Origin: an uncultured delta proteobacterium
GTDB taxonomy: Bacteria > Desulfobacterota > Binatia > UBA9968
Length of the DNA stretch: 64,000 nucleotides
Assembly (NCBI GenBank): GCA_963771465.1
Contig: CAVYTU010000015.1
Coordinates: 416,001-480,000 of the forward strand
Reading direction: 5' to 3'
Both the position numbers and the translations under genes were made by a program. Under the pieces are notes generated by a model. It did not search any database and was not told where the DNA came from. It saw only the letters and a program-made list of their open reading frames with translations. This document shows, piece after piece, positions 51,533 to 62,264 of this stretch; position 1 is the first letter of the stretch, and every line of letters begins with the position of its first letter.

Positions 51533-52528
51533 ATGAAAATGAGAACAATGAAACTAACAGCCCTCTCGCTGTTCACGCTGGTTTTTGTTGCGTTACTCGA
51601 ACCACGCGCGCAAGCCCAAGCGTTAAAAAAAATCCGCCTGGCCAGCTCGTCGACCAACGTCTCCTTCCTGGCGCTTTACACCGCGCTCCATCGTGGCTTT
51701 TTCAAGGATGAAGGCATCGACCTGGAAATCATCTTCATGCCGGCAAATCTCGCCAGCACGGCGGTGCTCAATGGCGACGCCGATTTCAATGGCGCCGTCA
51801 CCGGCACCATCGGCGCGGCCGTCCAAGGGCGGCCGATGAAGGTCTTGCTCTTCACGGTGTCAAAGCCTCTGCTGTTTCTGATGAGCCAGAAAAATATCAA
51901 AGACCTCAAGCAACTCAAAGGTAAAAAAATCGCCGGTAGCTCGCCTGGCGGCTCGGCGACGCTGCTGGCCAATCAAGCGCTCAAACAGATCGGTCTCGAA
52001 CCGGGCAAAGATGTTTCCGTGCTGCAGATGTCCGGCAGTGCTGCCAGCCGGTACGCCGTCTTAGAGTCGGGCGTGGTGGAAGCGTCGCTGTTGTCGGTGC
52101 CGGAGAATATCATCGCCGTTGAAAAAGGTTACAACGAATTGCTTTTTCTCGGCGACGTCATAGAATTTCCCCAGAACGGCTTCGGCACTTCGGACAAACG
52201 CATTCGCGAACATCCCGATGACGTCTATCGCATGGTCCGCGCCACGCTGCGCGGATTGCAATTTGTCTGGGATAAAAACAACAACGAAGCGGTCACCCAT
52301 ATTTTGATGAAGCAGTGGAAAGTAAACGACCGCAAGATGGCCGCTGAAATGTCCCGCCAAGTCGGTCGAGTCTTGACCCGCGACGCCTACGTCAAGCCGG
52401 AATCCGTCCAAGTGCTCATCGACCTCGCCCGCGACAGCGCCAAGGTGACCCGGCCCGTGTCGGTATCGGAAGTCGTCGATTACAGTTTCTTGGACAAAGC
52501 GCGCAAGGAGTTGGGAATCGTAAAATAA
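51533..52528 (+). CDS. NMT1/SsuA-like ABC substrate-binding protein
   Basis: Signal peptide AQA; GFFKDEGIDLE, LKGKKIA and FPQNGF motifs. Confidence 0.85.
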   Translation: MKMRTMKLTALSLFTLVFVALLEPRAQAQALKKIRLASSSTNVSFLALYTALHRGFFKDEGIDLEIIFMPANLASTAVLNGDADFNGAVTGTIGAAVQGRPMKVLLFTVSKPLLFLMSQKNIKDLKQLKGKKIAGSSPGGSATLLANQALKQIGLEPGKDVSVLQMSGSAASRYAVLESGVVEASLLSVPENIIAVEKGYNELLFLGDVIEFPQNGFGTSDKRIREHPDDVYRMVRATLRGLQFVWDKNNNEAVTHILMKQWKVNDRKMAAEMSRQVGRVLTRDAYVKPESVQVLIDLARDSAKVTRPVSVSEVVDYSFLDKARKELGIVK

Positions 52529-52575
52529 CTTGTAGCAGGAGGTGCAGCAGGCTGCGCCCTTTTCTAAAGGAGAAG

Positions 52576-53601
52576 TTAAAGCATTGGATCGATGATCACC
52601 TTGATCGAATCCTGCCCGCTCGCCGTCAACTGAAATCCCCAGCCGGTCTCGGCCAAAGGCAAACGGTGCGTCACCATGTCGGCGACTCGCACTTTGTGGT
52701 CGCGGATCAGCTCCAATGACTCTTTTAAATCATCGCCGCTGCCGGCGTAGGAAGTCACTACATTAATCTCGTCGCGCCAATAATCGAAGAGCGGAATCGC
52801 CACGTCGACACCAGCCGCCGTCGGCGCAAAGAACAGCAACGTGCCACCGCGATCGACGGATTTCACCGCCTGCTCAATCGCCGGCATCGCTCCGGTGCAA
52901 ACGATGACGAGATCGGCCAGTCGGCCGCCATTCAGTTCTAAGAGCTTTGCAGGCACATTCTCTGAACCATGAATCGTCGCATCGGCACCAAACTGCTTCG
53001 CAGCATTCAAGCGAAAGTCACTGATGTCGGTGGCAATGATGCGCTCAGCCCCGCATGCACGAGCGAGTTGAATATGAAGCAGCCCCGAAATGCCACTGCC
53101 AATCACCAAAACCGATTGGCCAGCATTCAGTCTCGCAAACCGCTGCGCACGCACGACGCACGCCAAGGGTTCGATAAACGATCCCTCATCGAAGGTCGTG
53201 GAGTCCGGGATTCGCAAGGTACCAAGCTCGACGTTGATCTTTGGTACGCGAATGTACTCGGCAAAGCCGCCAGGATCGAAGTGCGTCGAGCGCAGCAGAT
53301 CGCAAACCGACTGATGGCCCGACAGGCAATAGCGACATTGGCCGCACGGCACATGATGCGACGAAAAAACCCGATCCCCAACTTTGAAATTCGTGACTCC
53401 CTCACCTACTTCCTCAACCTCTGCGGTAATTTCGTGCCCCAACACGAGGGGCGCTTTTTTGACGCGATACCACTCCATTAAGTCGCTGCCGCAAATCCCG
53501 CTCGCGCGCATACGCAACAGCAGCTCGCCAGGACCAATCTTTGGAACGGGCAGCTCTTCGAGACGAACATCCCGATTGTTGTAATACATGGCGACGCGCA
53601 T
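52576..53601 (-). CDS. Zinc-dependent (MDR) alcohol/polyol dehydrogenase
   Basis: GICGSD, GHE, CGQCRYC...C, EPLAC and GSGISG motifs. Confidence 0.92.
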   Translation of the reverse strand: MRVAMYYNNRDVRLEELPVPKIGPGELLLRMRASGICGSDLMEWYRVKKAPLVLGHEITAEVEEVGEGVTNFKVGDRVFSSHHVPCGQCRYCLSGHQSVCDLLRSTHFDPGGFAEYIRVPKINVELGTLRIPDSTTFDEGSFIEPLACVVRAQRFARLNAGQSVLVIGSGISGLLHIQLARACGAERIIATDISDFRLNAAKQFGADATIHGSENVPAKLLELNGGRLADLVIVCTGAMPAIEQAVKSVDRGGTLLFFAPTAAGVDVAIPLFDYWRDEINVVTSYAGSGDDLKESLELIRDHKVRVADMVTHRLPLAETGWGFQLTASGQDSIKVIIDPML

Positions 53602-53629
53602 TTTAGAATTTCGAGGGATTAAGGACTGT

Positions 53630-53656
53630 GTAGGGGACGGTCGCGACTGTTCCGTA
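53630..53656 (+). repeat. GTAG-type REP-like palindrome (a degenerate relative lies at 52532-52560)
   Basis: GTAG-GGGACGGTCGCGACTGTTCC imperfect dyad. Confidence 0.5.
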
Positions 53657-53680
53657 GCCGGTAATTGTCACAATGATGTT

Positions 53681-54485
53681 TCATGACGCCTTCCTGCGGT
53701 TGCGTTTCTTTTCGCTCTCATAAATCTTAAACGCTTCTTTCACCGAGACATTCTCATGCACGATCGCGCGCACGGCTTTGATCATGCCCACAGGGCGAAT
53801 CGGATTGAAAAATATTTCGCCCCATGTCGACTCCGACCGCGCCGCCTTTGACCGCGTTGTACGCCAACTCCAAGGCTTCCATCTCGGGAGTTTTTTTGCC
53901 GCCGGCGACGATGACGGGAATCGGACAGCTGCCGATCAGCTCTTCGAAATTGTCGCAGTAATAAGTCTTGACGATATGCGCGCCCATTTCCGCGGCGATA
54001 CGGCAGGATAGGCCGAGATAGCGCACGTCGCGTGCCATATCTTTGCCGACCGCGGTAACGGCGAGCACCGGGATGCCGTACTTCTCGCCTTCGTCGACGA
54101 GCTTGGCGAGACTGACCAATGTTTCCTTCTCGAAGTCTGAGCCGACAAAGATCGACAGTGCCATCGCGGAGACGTTCAAGCGAATGCAATCGTCGATCGA
54201 TACGGTGATGTCTTCGTTGGACAATTCTTTGAGAATACTCGTGCCGCCGGAGACTCTGAGCACGATCGGCTTGTCTGCCTTGGCGTCCACGGAGGTGCGC
54301 AACACGCCGCGCGTCAACATGATCGAGTCGGCGTGCGCCATCAAGGGTTCGATGGTCTTTCGTGGCTCTTCGAGTCCGCTGGTCGGTCCGAGAAAATAGC
54401 CGTGATCGACCGCGAGCATGACCGCTCGGCCGTCCGCTTTGATGATCCTCGCTAAACGATTCGCCATTCCCCAATTCATCGACAT
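53681..54485 (-). CDS. lsrF: LsrF-like class I aldolase/thiolase (frameshift near 53795)
   Basis: WGMANRL, AVDHGYFLG, AEMGAHIVKTYY, AGGKK and GVDMGRNIFQ motifs; the tail MIKAVRAIVHE is in a shifted frame. Confidence 0.88.
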
Positions 54486-54623
54486 GATTTCCTCCCAGGA
54501 AATAATTTAATTGGCCCAAAAGTTATCACAAAATCGCCGTAAATGTGAATCGGCAGCACCGCGCCATTTGACTCTTCGCCGCGCCAGTATTAGGTTGACG
54601 CCGAATCATCAATGGGAGGAACT

Positions 54624-55047
54624 ATGCCGATCGAAGTCATTCGATATGATCAAGATGGCCAAGGAAGAGGGCAAGCGCAAGAAGATTTTCAACACCAACC
54701 GCTTTCACTCTTGGCTGCACGTGTACCCCAAGCCCGGCGACAAAGACGACATGCACTGCCACAACGCCGATCAAACCTTTTATGTCATCGACGGTGAATG
54801 CACCATGCATTTCCCTGATGGCGGCAAAGCCGTCATGAAACCGGGCATGGCGGCTACGATCACCGGTGGGTCGTTCTACCAGCTGGAGAATACCGGACCG
54901 GATGCCATGGTCTTGATGGGCAATCGATCCGGCGCGTCGGAAGCGATCCAGCATATCAATTACGAGCTGCGTAAAGACCTAAAGTCCCTGGCACCCGAAG
55001 AGGCGGATCGCATCCGCCATCAAGGCGGTTCGCGCAGTTCGGCTTAA
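54624..55047 (+). CDS. Cupin-domain protein (probable +1 indel after codon 5)
   Basis: SD GGAGG plus ATG at 54624; MHCHNADQTFYVIDG cupin motif. Confidence 0.75.
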
Positions 55048-55057
55048 CGCCGGCCGA

Positions 55058-55945
55058 TCACGTTCGCGATGCCCTTTGCGCCGCTGCCGCGGACTTGTCG
55101 AACGTCGGCCAGAGGTAGCGCACTCCGAGGCCAAATAGAATGACGGCGCCGCCGACCAGCGTTGCTGCGGACGGTATCTCGCCCACGACCAGCGCCACCC
55201 AAAGCGGATTGAGCACCGGCTCGACCAACGCGATCAGCGACGCTTCCTGGAGCGAGACGGTTTCAAGCCCCTTGGAGAAGAGAAAATAGGGCATGCCCAG
55301 TTGCACCGCGCCCATTACCGCGAGAGCCAGTGCCTGATCGAGCGATAGCCCAAGTTGAGAGCGCACCACCATCAAGAGCAGCAGGGCGCAGACCAGATTG
55401 TTCAACCATGTGAGATAAACCGGCTGCACATGTTTGGTGCGCTGCAAGTTGATCATGTAAACGGCGAACAGCACGCCGCTCAGGAGCGCCAGCAACACAC
55501 CGGCCATTTCCGGCTCGCCGGCGCTGTCGAGGGAAATGATCGCGACGCCGATCATCGCCACAGTCAGAGCAAAACTATTGAGCCGAGAGATCTTCTCGCC
55601 CCACACCCATCGCGTGAACAGAAAAACAAACACCGGCGCGGTGTACTGGAGCACGATCGCGTTAGCCGCCGTCGTCAATTTGTTCGCCGCGACAAAGGCG
55701 CTGATCGCCGCCGTATAGCTGAGCACCGACAACAGGATCGCGCGGTTGAATTGAAATTGCTGCCGCCGCAAAAACGGCACGAACACCAACGACGCGAACA
55801 AGCTGCGATAAAAGACAATCGTTAGCGGATGAAGGTCGAGGAACTTAATAAAAACACCGGCCAAGCTCCAAAGCAAAGCGGCCGAGAGAATCAGCCAGCG
55901 GCCGCGATCAAAATCGCGTTTGGTCGGAGAGCTTGAATGGTCCAT
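55058..55945 (-). CDS. DMT/EamA-family transporter
   Basis: About 10 TM helices; ANAIVLQYTAP and EPVLNPLWV...GE.P motifs. Confidence 0.9.
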   Translation of the reverse strand: MDHSSSPTKRDFDRGRWLILSAALLWSLAGVFIKFLDLHPLTIVFYRSLFASLVFVPFLRRQQFQFNRAILLSVLSYTAAISAFVAANKLTTAANAIVLQYTAPVFVFLFTRWVWGEKISRLNSFALTVAMIGVAIISLDSAGEPEMAGVLLALLSGVLFAVYMINLQRTKHVQPVYLTWLNNLVCALLLLMVVRSQLGLSLDQALALAVMGAVQLGMPYFLFSKGLETVSLQEASLIALVEPVLNPLWVALVVGEIPSAATLVGGAVILFGLGVRYLWPTFDKSAAAAQRASRT

Positions 55946-56017
55946 CGCCGGGTCGCAACGGTAGCAACAGTGAACTGACGGCGCAGCGCCGCGGCACAAG
56001 GGCGCCGATCGGCGCTC

Positions 56018-56054
56018 AAAAAAATGGGATGAGACGCCGCAGCGTATCATCCCA
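56018..56054 (-). terminator. Intrinsic terminator after rplI
   Basis: TGGGATGA...TCATCCCA hairpin plus T7 on the minus strand. Confidence 0.85.
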
Positions 56055-56094
56055 GTCGCACATTACCGACGGAAATCTCAGTAAATGAAATTTA

Positions 56095-56541
56095 TCAAGC
56101 GTCGGAAACCACCGAGACTTTGAGTGGCACGGTGATATCCCCCGACAAGCGCACCGGCACATCGTAGTCGCCGGCGCTTTTGATCGGCTCGGCGAGCTGA
56201 ATCTTGCGCCGGTCGACGTTTAAACCTTTAGCCTTGAGCGCCTTTTCGATGTGGATGTTGGTCACCGAGCCGAAAAGCTTGCCTTCCTCGCCGACTTTCA
56301 TCGGAATCACCAACGACACGCCGTTGAGCTGGTCGCCCACCGACTGGGCTTGGCGCACGATCTTTTGCTTCTGATCGCCGACGATTTTCTTGTGGTGCTC
56401 GAAGGTTTTCAGATTCTTCTTATTCGCCTCCAGCACCAAGCCGCGTGGCAACAAGTAATTGCGCGCATAGCCGTCGCGCACTCTGACGATCTCGCCGATC
56501 TTACCGAGATTGTCGATATCTTCTTTTAGAATAACTTCCAT
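56095..56541 (-). CDS. rplI: 50S ribosomal protein L9
   Basis: MEVILKEDI..LG..G..V.VRDGYARNYLLP and GKLFGSV motifs. Confidence 0.97.
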   Translation of the reverse strand: MEVILKEDIDNLGKIGEIVRVRDGYARNYLLPRGLVLEANKKNLKTFEHHKKIVGDQKQKIVRQAQSVGDQLNGVSLVIPMKVGEEGKLFGSVTNIHIEKALKAKGLNVDRRKIQLAEPIKSAGDYDVPVRLSGDITVPLKVSVVSDA

Positions 56542-56551
56542 GACTCCTCCA

Positions 56552-57505
56552 CTAAGCTGTTTGGCTTGGCGCGGCCTTGTTCTTGCCCAAACGGCGAAAA
56601 TCTCCCCATAGGTCGAACAAGCCAAGCCCAACGACCAACAGCGTAAAGATTTGTTGAAACACAATCAGCACGTAGGTCAAACCGCGCAAAAAGCGCGGCA
56701 CGTTGTTCTTGTGAAAAAAAAAGCCGATCACGGCCAAGCCCTGAGCGAAGTAAAACGCGCCGATCACCAGCAATAAATTCAACGCGACCATTCGAAGCAG
56801 GCCGAGATCGGGAACGAACAAGGCAAAGCCGCAGGCGATAAACCCCCAAACCAGGACCTCCGGCCCTTTCCATTCGCGTAGATGCTCGAGGGTGAACCAC
56901 TGGGCGCGCCGATCTGGGAAGCGCCGGCCGAGATATAAAATATTGATCAACACGATAAAGGCAAAACTCAACAGCAGCAGCGCCGGCAGGATTTGTAGCA
57001 TGACGTCGACAATCTGCGGCGCCCGCTCTTTGAGCATCGCCAAACTTTCTTGCGAGAAACCGAATTTTTCTTGCATACGCATGGCGGAATCGAGCTGTTG
57101 GGTCATGCCCTGGCGAAAATCGCGAAACATCGCGGCCCAGGAGCCGAAAAAATACAGCGATAAACCCGCCGTGAGCGCCAACATCGCAGCGGCGACTCCG
57201 GAAACCAAAAACTCGATGACGCGAATCCGGCCTAACAAACCCAACAGCATCCCGGCCATGAGCGCGAAAATGCCGTAAAGAAATGCCGCCTCTTCGCCCG
57301 CGAGAACAGCCAACAACAAGAGCGCGACACACAACACGCCGATGCCGCCGGCGACGCCAAACTTGAAACCGAACATGAGCACGGGCTGGGCAACCAAGGG
57401 CAGCACGATCACGCCCAGCGGCGGCATGGCGATGCCGCTCATAAACAAAAACACAGTGGCGGTCAAAGCCAATAGAAACTTACTGATGACTTCGAGCCGC
57501 TGCAT
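56552..57505 (-). CDS. DUF2232/YybS membrane protein
   Basis: Multi-TM; YFAQGL and GLFDLWGDFRR motifs; typical position between rpsR and rplI. Confidence 0.88.
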   Translation of the reverse strand: MQRLEVISKFLLALTATVFLFMSGIAMPPLGVIVLPLVAQPVLMFGFKFGVAGGIGVLCVALLLLAVLAGEEAAFLYGIFALMAGMLLGLLGRIRVIEFLVSGVAAAMLALTAGLSLYFFGSWAAMFRDFRQGMTQQLDSAMRMQEKFGFSQESLAMLKERAPQIVDVMLQILPALLLLSFAFIVLINILYLGRRFPDRRAQWFTLEHLREWKGPEVLVWGFIACGFALFVPDLGLLRMVALNLLLVIGAFYFAQGLAVIGFFFHKNNVPRFLRGLTYVLIVFQQIFTLLVVGLGLFDLWGDFRRLGKNKAAPSQTA

Positions 57506-57527
57506 AAGATTGGACCGAAACAGAATC

Positions 57528-57821
57528 TTAGTTGTTAGCGGTCGTGAAGGGCAGCAGCGCCACGCTGCGCGCGCGCTTCACCGCGGTCGTGAGCAAGCGC
57601 TGATGACGGGCGCAGTTTCCCGTGATCCGACTGGGCGTCATCTTGCCGCGCTCAGTAACGAACTGCGTAAGGGTGCGGAGATCCTTGTAATCGATCTTGA
57701 GCGATTTATCAGCGCAAAACCGACACACCTTGCGTCGGAACATCGGCCGTCGGCGCTGTCCGCCTTTGTCTTCGTCCGATCGTTCCCGGCTTGGTCTCGC
57801 GCTCCGTTCGTACTGTGCCAT
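57528..57821 (-). CDS. rpsR: 30S ribosomal protein S18 (Zn-binding form)
   Basis: [29 protein letters not shown] motifs. Confidence 0.97.
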   Translation of the reverse strand: MAQYERSARPSRERSDEDKGGQRRRPMFRRKVCRFCADKSLKIDYKDLRTLTQFVTERGKMTPSRITGNCARHQRLLTTAVKRARSVALLPFTTANN

Positions 57822-57977
57822 AGATTAAACTACCTCTTTCTCCGAATTCACTGCGCATCCCGGCTCATCCAATTCACGCGGATAATGCAAACTCATATTT
57901 CGCTCGGCAAATCGAGCCACTGCTGAGAATGCGACTTCGATTCGATGCTCGGCGGCCGTTGCCCGATCGTTTGGTAA

Positions 57978-58400
57978 CTAGGCGGAAGGCTCGACCTTTG
58001 GGGCGCTCTCTTCAGTGTGACGCCGCGGCTCATCGGGACGCCGTCCCCGGTCATCGGGATACCGCCGCTGGTCATCAGAATATGGCCGAGGCGCCGAAGG
58101 ACTTATGGTCGGTGTGCTGGCGTCTGCGCGCACGGTCAAATAGCGCAAAATGCCGTCGGTCATCCTGAGATTTCGCTCCAGTTCATCGACGGCGCGGCCG
58201 GACGCATTATAGCGGATCAAAGTGTAATAACCGCGCGCCTGCTTTTCGATTCGATAGGCGAGATCTCGAGCGCCCCACTCATCGATATCGGTGACGCTGC
58301 CATCCTGACCTTCGATCACCTTTTTGAATCTCTCGATGAATTCCTTCATCCTCGGCCCTTTTTCGGGATGAACCACGAAAAGGGTTTCATATAGAGTCAC
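57978..58400 (-). CDS. rpsF: 30S ribosomal protein S6
   Basis: YETLFVVHP, WG.RDLAYRI, GYY and ILRYL motifs. Confidence 0.96.
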   Translation of the reverse strand: MTLYETLFVVHPEKGPRMKEFIERFKKVIEGQDGSVTDIDEWGARDLAYRIEKQARGYYTLIRYNASGRAVDELERNLRMTDGILRYLTVRADASTPTISPSAPRPYSDDQRRYPDDRGRRPDEPRRHTEESAPKVEPSA

Positions 58401-58470
58401 GATATGTTTATCCTCCGCAATAAGTCGTTTTATCTAACATAGCGATGGGCCGTTTACAATGTGACGGCGG

Positions 58471-59037
58471 TCACTGTGCCCGGTTAAAAACCTCCATGGC
58501 GCGCTGTGTACCTTCGCGCAACAGGCAATCCACTGCGGCCGCGGTGCGATCGATGACATCGCTCAGATGACTAATCTCGTCGGGACTAAACGGTTCAAGC
58601 ACATAGTCGACGGCGTCTTTCCCCTCAGGCGGCCTGCCGATGCCAACTCGTACGCGGCAAAAAGGCGCGCCGGCCAAACTTTCCATGATTGAAAGAATGC
58701 CGCGGTGACCAGCCGCGCCACCTTGGGGTCGAATGCGCATCCGGCCAAAAGGCAAATCCAAGTCATCGTAGACAATGACGAGATCGTTGGCCGTGCCACC
58801 ATACTCATGCAGTAAGCTTTCGACCGCCGCGCCGCTACGGTTCATGAAGGTTTTCGGTTTGGCTACGATTACCTTCTCGCCGTTCGTAAATCCTGCACCA
58901 ACCCATGCGTCGCAAAGATTTCGCTCTACTGCGATGTCATACCGCTTGGCGAGCTGGTCGATGACTAAGAATCCGAGATTGTGCCGCGTGTTCTGGTATT
59001 TTATTCCCGGATTGCCGAGACCGACGACGAATTTCAC
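58471..59037 (-). CDS. pth: Peptidyl-tRNA hydrolase
   Basis: VGLGNPG, TRHNLGF, KPKTFMNRSG, DDLDL and RVGIGRP motifs. Confidence 0.97.
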   Translation of the reverse strand: MKFVVGLGNPGIKYQNTRHNLGFLVIDQLAKRYDIAVERNLCDAWVGAGFTNGEKVIVAKPKTFMNRSGAAVESLLHEYGGTANDLVIVYDDLDLPFGRMRIRPQGGAAGHRGILSIMESLAGAPFCRVRVGIGRPPEGKDAVDYVLEPFSPDEISHLSDVIDRTAAAVDCLLREGTQRAMEVFNRAQ

Positions 59038-59075
59038 CGATCACAACTCGCGTGCCGGGAGAATACCAAGAACGA

Positions 59076-59723
59076 CTATTCGTCTTCCTTTTTCGCTTCC
59101 GCTGCCACCGGTGCCACAACTGCGCCCTCTTCCGGCGCTGTCGCTGGCGTCGGCTCTTCTTCAACGGTTGGCGTGACCACGGAAACCAATGCTAGATCCG
59201 ATTCGGAAACTGCCGTTACACCATTCGGCATCTGCAGTTCCTCAACATGCACGGAGTCGCCGATATCCAACGCGCTTACATCGACGTCAAAAAACTGTGG
59301 GATGTCCAGTGGCAAGCATTCGACTTCAATTTCACGGACGTTCGGTTGCAGAATGCCGCCGCGAGTCACGCCGAAAGCTTTACCGATAAAATGGAGCGGC
59401 ACATGGACCTGAATCTTCGCGGTCAAATCGACCTCGTAAAGGTCGGCGTGAATCACATCGCCGCTGATCGGATGGTATTGCATGTCCTTGACCAGCGCGA
59501 CTTTTTCCGCCAGTGAGGTCGCGGACGACTTCAAGCGCACTAGATGAGAGCCTTCTAGGCCAGCGACGCGGCTGGTGAACTCGCGTTTGTCGAACTCCAG
59601 CGCCACCGCTTGGGTTTTCGGTCCGTACAGCACGCCGGGAATTTTGCCGCCGCGCAGTAAGCGCCTGGCATCGCGTTTATGTTTTTTGTCACGGGCGTCG
59701 ACTTTTATTTCAAGAGTTTCCAA
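59076..59723 (-). CDS. rplY: 50S ribosomal protein L25/Ctc
   Basis: IPGVLYG, QYHP, HAD and GVTRGG motifs. Confidence 0.95.
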   Translation of the reverse strand: METLEIKVDARDKKHKRDARRLLRGGKIPGVLYGPKTQAVALEFDKREFTSRVAGLEGSHLVRLKSSATSLAEKVALVKDMQYHPISGDVIHADLYEVDLTAKIQVHVPLHFIGKAFGVTRGGILQPNVREIEVECLPLDIPQFFDVDVSALDIGDSVHVEELQMPNGVTAVSESDLALVSVVTPTVEEEPTPATAPEEGAVVAPVAAEAKKEDE

Positions 59724-59741
59724 AGAACTTTCCTCCTATCG

Positions 59742-60695
59742 CTATACGAATAGCGAACTGATCGATTCTTCTTCGTGGGTGCGTCGGATCGCTTCGCCAA
59801 TTAAATGAGCTACCGATAAAGTTTTAATCTTGCCACAGCCCTGCGCCTGCGCGCTTAGCGGGATCGTATTGGTAACGATCAATTCCTCCAACGGGCTTTC
59901 CTCGATACGTTTGATCGCTGGGCCGGACAACACCGGATGGGTACAGCAGCCGATAATTTTCTTTGCGCCTTCTTTCTTGAGCGCTGCGGCGGCCATGGTC
60001 AATGTCCCTGCGGTGTCGATCATATCGTCGACTAGAATCGCCACACGGTCGGCGACTTCGCCGATGATATGCATCTCGGCGACGACGTTGGGTCCAACCC
60101 GCCGTTTATCGATGATCGCGAGCGCCGCATCCAAGCGGGTCGCAATGGCGCGCGCCCGCTCGACGCCACCGGCATCGGGCGACACGATCGTCACTTCATT
60201 ATGATTCAGCTGTTTTCTCAAATGTTCGAGCAGCACCGGCGTCGCATAGACGTTATCGACGGGAATGTCGAAAAAGCCTTGGATCTGCCCGGAGTGAAGA
60301 TCCATCGTCAACATGCGCGACGCACCCGCCGTGGTAATGAGGTCGGCGACCAGCTTGGCGCTGATCGGCACTCGAGGAACGACTTTGCGGTCTTGGCGCG
60401 CGTAACCATAGTACGGCATGACCGCCGTTATCCGCATCGCCGAAGCGCGCTTGAAAGCATCGAGCATGAGCAACAACTCCATCAAGTTGTTGTTGCCGGG
60501 CGCCGAGGTCGACTGCAGCACAAAGACGTCGGCGCCGCGAACATTCTCCTTGATCTCAACCTTGCTCTCGCCATCACTAAACGTGTCAACGGTCGCTTTT
60601 CCCATCGGCACCTTAAGATACTGGCTGATCTCCGCGGCCAATGGCGGATTGGAATTGCCGGCGAAAATTTTTAGTTCAGTTGTGTGCTGTGCCAT
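59742..60695 (-). CDS. prs: Ribose-phosphate pyrophosphokinase
   Basis: [33 protein letters not shown] and DDMIDTAGT motifs. Confidence 0.98.
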   Translation of the reverse strand: MAQHTTELKIFAGNSNPPLAAEISQYLKVPMGKATVDTFSDGESKVEIKENVRGADVFVLQSTSAPGNNNLMELLLMLDAFKRASAMRITAVMPYYGYARQDRKVVPRVPISAKLVADLITTAGASRMLTMDLHSGQIQGFFDIPVDNVYATPVLLEHLRKQLNHNEVTIVSPDAGGVERARAIATRLDAALAIIDKRRVGPNVVAEMHIIGEVADRVAILVDDMIDTAGTLTMAAAALKKEGAKKIIGCCTHPVLSGPAIKRIEESPLEELIVTNTIPLSAQAQGCGKIKTLSVAHLIGEAIRRTHEEESISSLFV

Positions 60696-60865
60696 GGTTG
60701 GGATTTGCCCTGATAACACCATTTATTACCCGATTCGAGCTCGCCGGTGTTCCCGCATTCACCGGCCACGATCTGTACCCGACCAAAATAATGAGCGCCG
60801 TTCCTCCGTGAACGGCGCCCAGTAGAACCAGATAACTTTGGACGACCAGCTAAAGCGCTTTAAAC

Positions 60866-60939
60866 TGGCTGGGCGGGAAGGATTCGAACCTTCGATACCG
60901 GCTCCAAAGGCCGGGGCCTTACCGCTTGGCGACCGCCCA
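60866..60939 (-). tRNA. tRNA-Gln(TTG)
   Basis: TGGGCGG/CCGCCCA acceptor stem, anticodon arm CCGGC-CTTTGGA-GCCGG, GGTTCGAATCC, encoded CCA. Confidence 0.96.
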
Positions 60940-60985
60940 TCCCCGAACCTCTTTGTGAGAAGTTCACCGGCCCACGTAGAATACT

Positions 60986-61276
60986 TTATCTGTCGTCATC
61001 GACGGCTTTTGGGCTCCCACCTTCGGTGAGCACTTTATGATATTCTGCGATTATTTTCTCTTCGATCATCCGGCGCGTCTCGTTATTGATCGGATGCGCG
61101 ATATCCTTATAGGTGCCGTCTTTGCGTTTCTTACTGGGCATGGAGACAAAGAACCCAGTGGCGCTGTGAATGATTTTCAAGTCGCGAATCACGAAACAGT
61201 GATCGAATGTGATCGTGACATAAGCCTTAAGTTTATCTTCATCGACAGGAAAGACCCTAACTTCGGTAACCTGCAT
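60986..61276 (-). CDS. spoVG: SpoVG-family nucleic-acid-binding protein
   Basis: TEVRV, LKAYVTITFD.CFVI, FVSMPS and DIAHPIN motifs. Confidence 0.95.
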   Translation of the reverse strand: MQVTEVRVFPVDEDKLKAYVTITFDHCFVIRDLKIIHSATGFFVSMPSKKRKDGTYKDIAHPINNETRRMIEEKIIAEYHKVLTEGGSPKAVDDDR

Positions 61277-61344
61277 AGGGACCCCCAATTGAGACGAGCC
61301 AGATGTTTAGCTGGCGGCTACTATAGGCTTTCTTAATCTATCGA

Positions 61345-62214
61345 CTAATTCAACACCCGCACAAGAAACGCTTGAGCCTCCTCCTCTTGCCGCAACCGCT
61401 GAAAGGCCTCCTCTGCCCTCCGTTTGGAACGAAACAGACCGAACACAGACGAACCGCTCCCCACCATTAAACTCCCGACGGCCCCGAGACGCAATAGTCT
61501 TTGCTTTATGGCGACAATTTTTCGATAGCGCTTGATGGTCACACTTTCCAGATCATTGACCAGCAGCGTAGCGAGATCGTCCAAGGCCGTCGGCGAAGCC
61601 GGAATGCTAGTATTTACGCTATGTTTTGTCAACTTTCTTGGCAGATTTCCATACACCCAAGCGGTCGATACCGCGAAACCGGGATAAACGATCACGATCC
61701 ATGGGCGAAATATTCGGCCGAGGGGCGTTAGGTGCTCACCGATGCCGCGCGCCCGCGCGGGCCGGCCACGAATGAAGAACGGCACATCTGCACCAAGCCG
61801 CAGCGCGATCCGCTCAAGTTGCTTCTCTGACAAACGCAGCTTGAGTAAACGATTTAGACCAACCAAGGTCGCTGCGGCATCCGTACTGCCGCCGCCTAAA
61901 CCGGCGCCCACCGGAATCCGCTTACGAATCCGAATTTCGATCGGCTGATCGCTTTTCGCCCGGGCGAGCAACAGACGCGCAGCCCGATGTGCGAGATTGT
62001 TTTCATCCTCCGGCACCGATGGATAATGACAGACCAATTTGATTTCGGGCCGCGCGAGTTTTTTGGTCTTTGGCGCGCGGCGCAGCTTGCGGATATCGAG
62101 GTCGTCGTAAAGCGACACCGGCAGCATAATCGTATCGAGCAGATGATAACCGTCGGCGCGCCGGCCGACTACTCGCAAGCTTAAATTGATCTTTGCCGGC
62201 GCTCGAATCTTCAC
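61345..62214 (-). CDS. ispE: 4-diphosphocytidyl-2C-methyl-D-erythritol kinase
   Basis: APAKINL, DGYH, KRIPVGAGLGGGS and LGADVPFF motifs. Confidence 0.97.
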   Translation of the reverse strand: MKIRAPAKINLSLRVVGRRADGYHLLDTIMLPVSLYDDLDIRKLRRAPKTKKLARPEIKLVCHYPSVPEDENNLAHRAARLLLARAKSDQPIEIRIRKRIPVGAGLGGGSTDAAATLVGLNRLLKLRLSEKQLERIALRLGADVPFFIRGRPARARGIGEHLTPLGRIFRPWIVIVYPGFAVSTAWVYGNLPRKLTKHSVNTSIPASPTALDDLATLLVNDLESVTIKRYRKIVAIKQRLLRLGAVGSLMVGSGSSVFGLFRSKRRAEEAFQRLRQEEEAQAFLVRVLN

Positions 62215-62264
62215 GCGCCATTAGGTAACATAGCCGTGGTTGAATTGCCAAGAAACGCGCCGAG

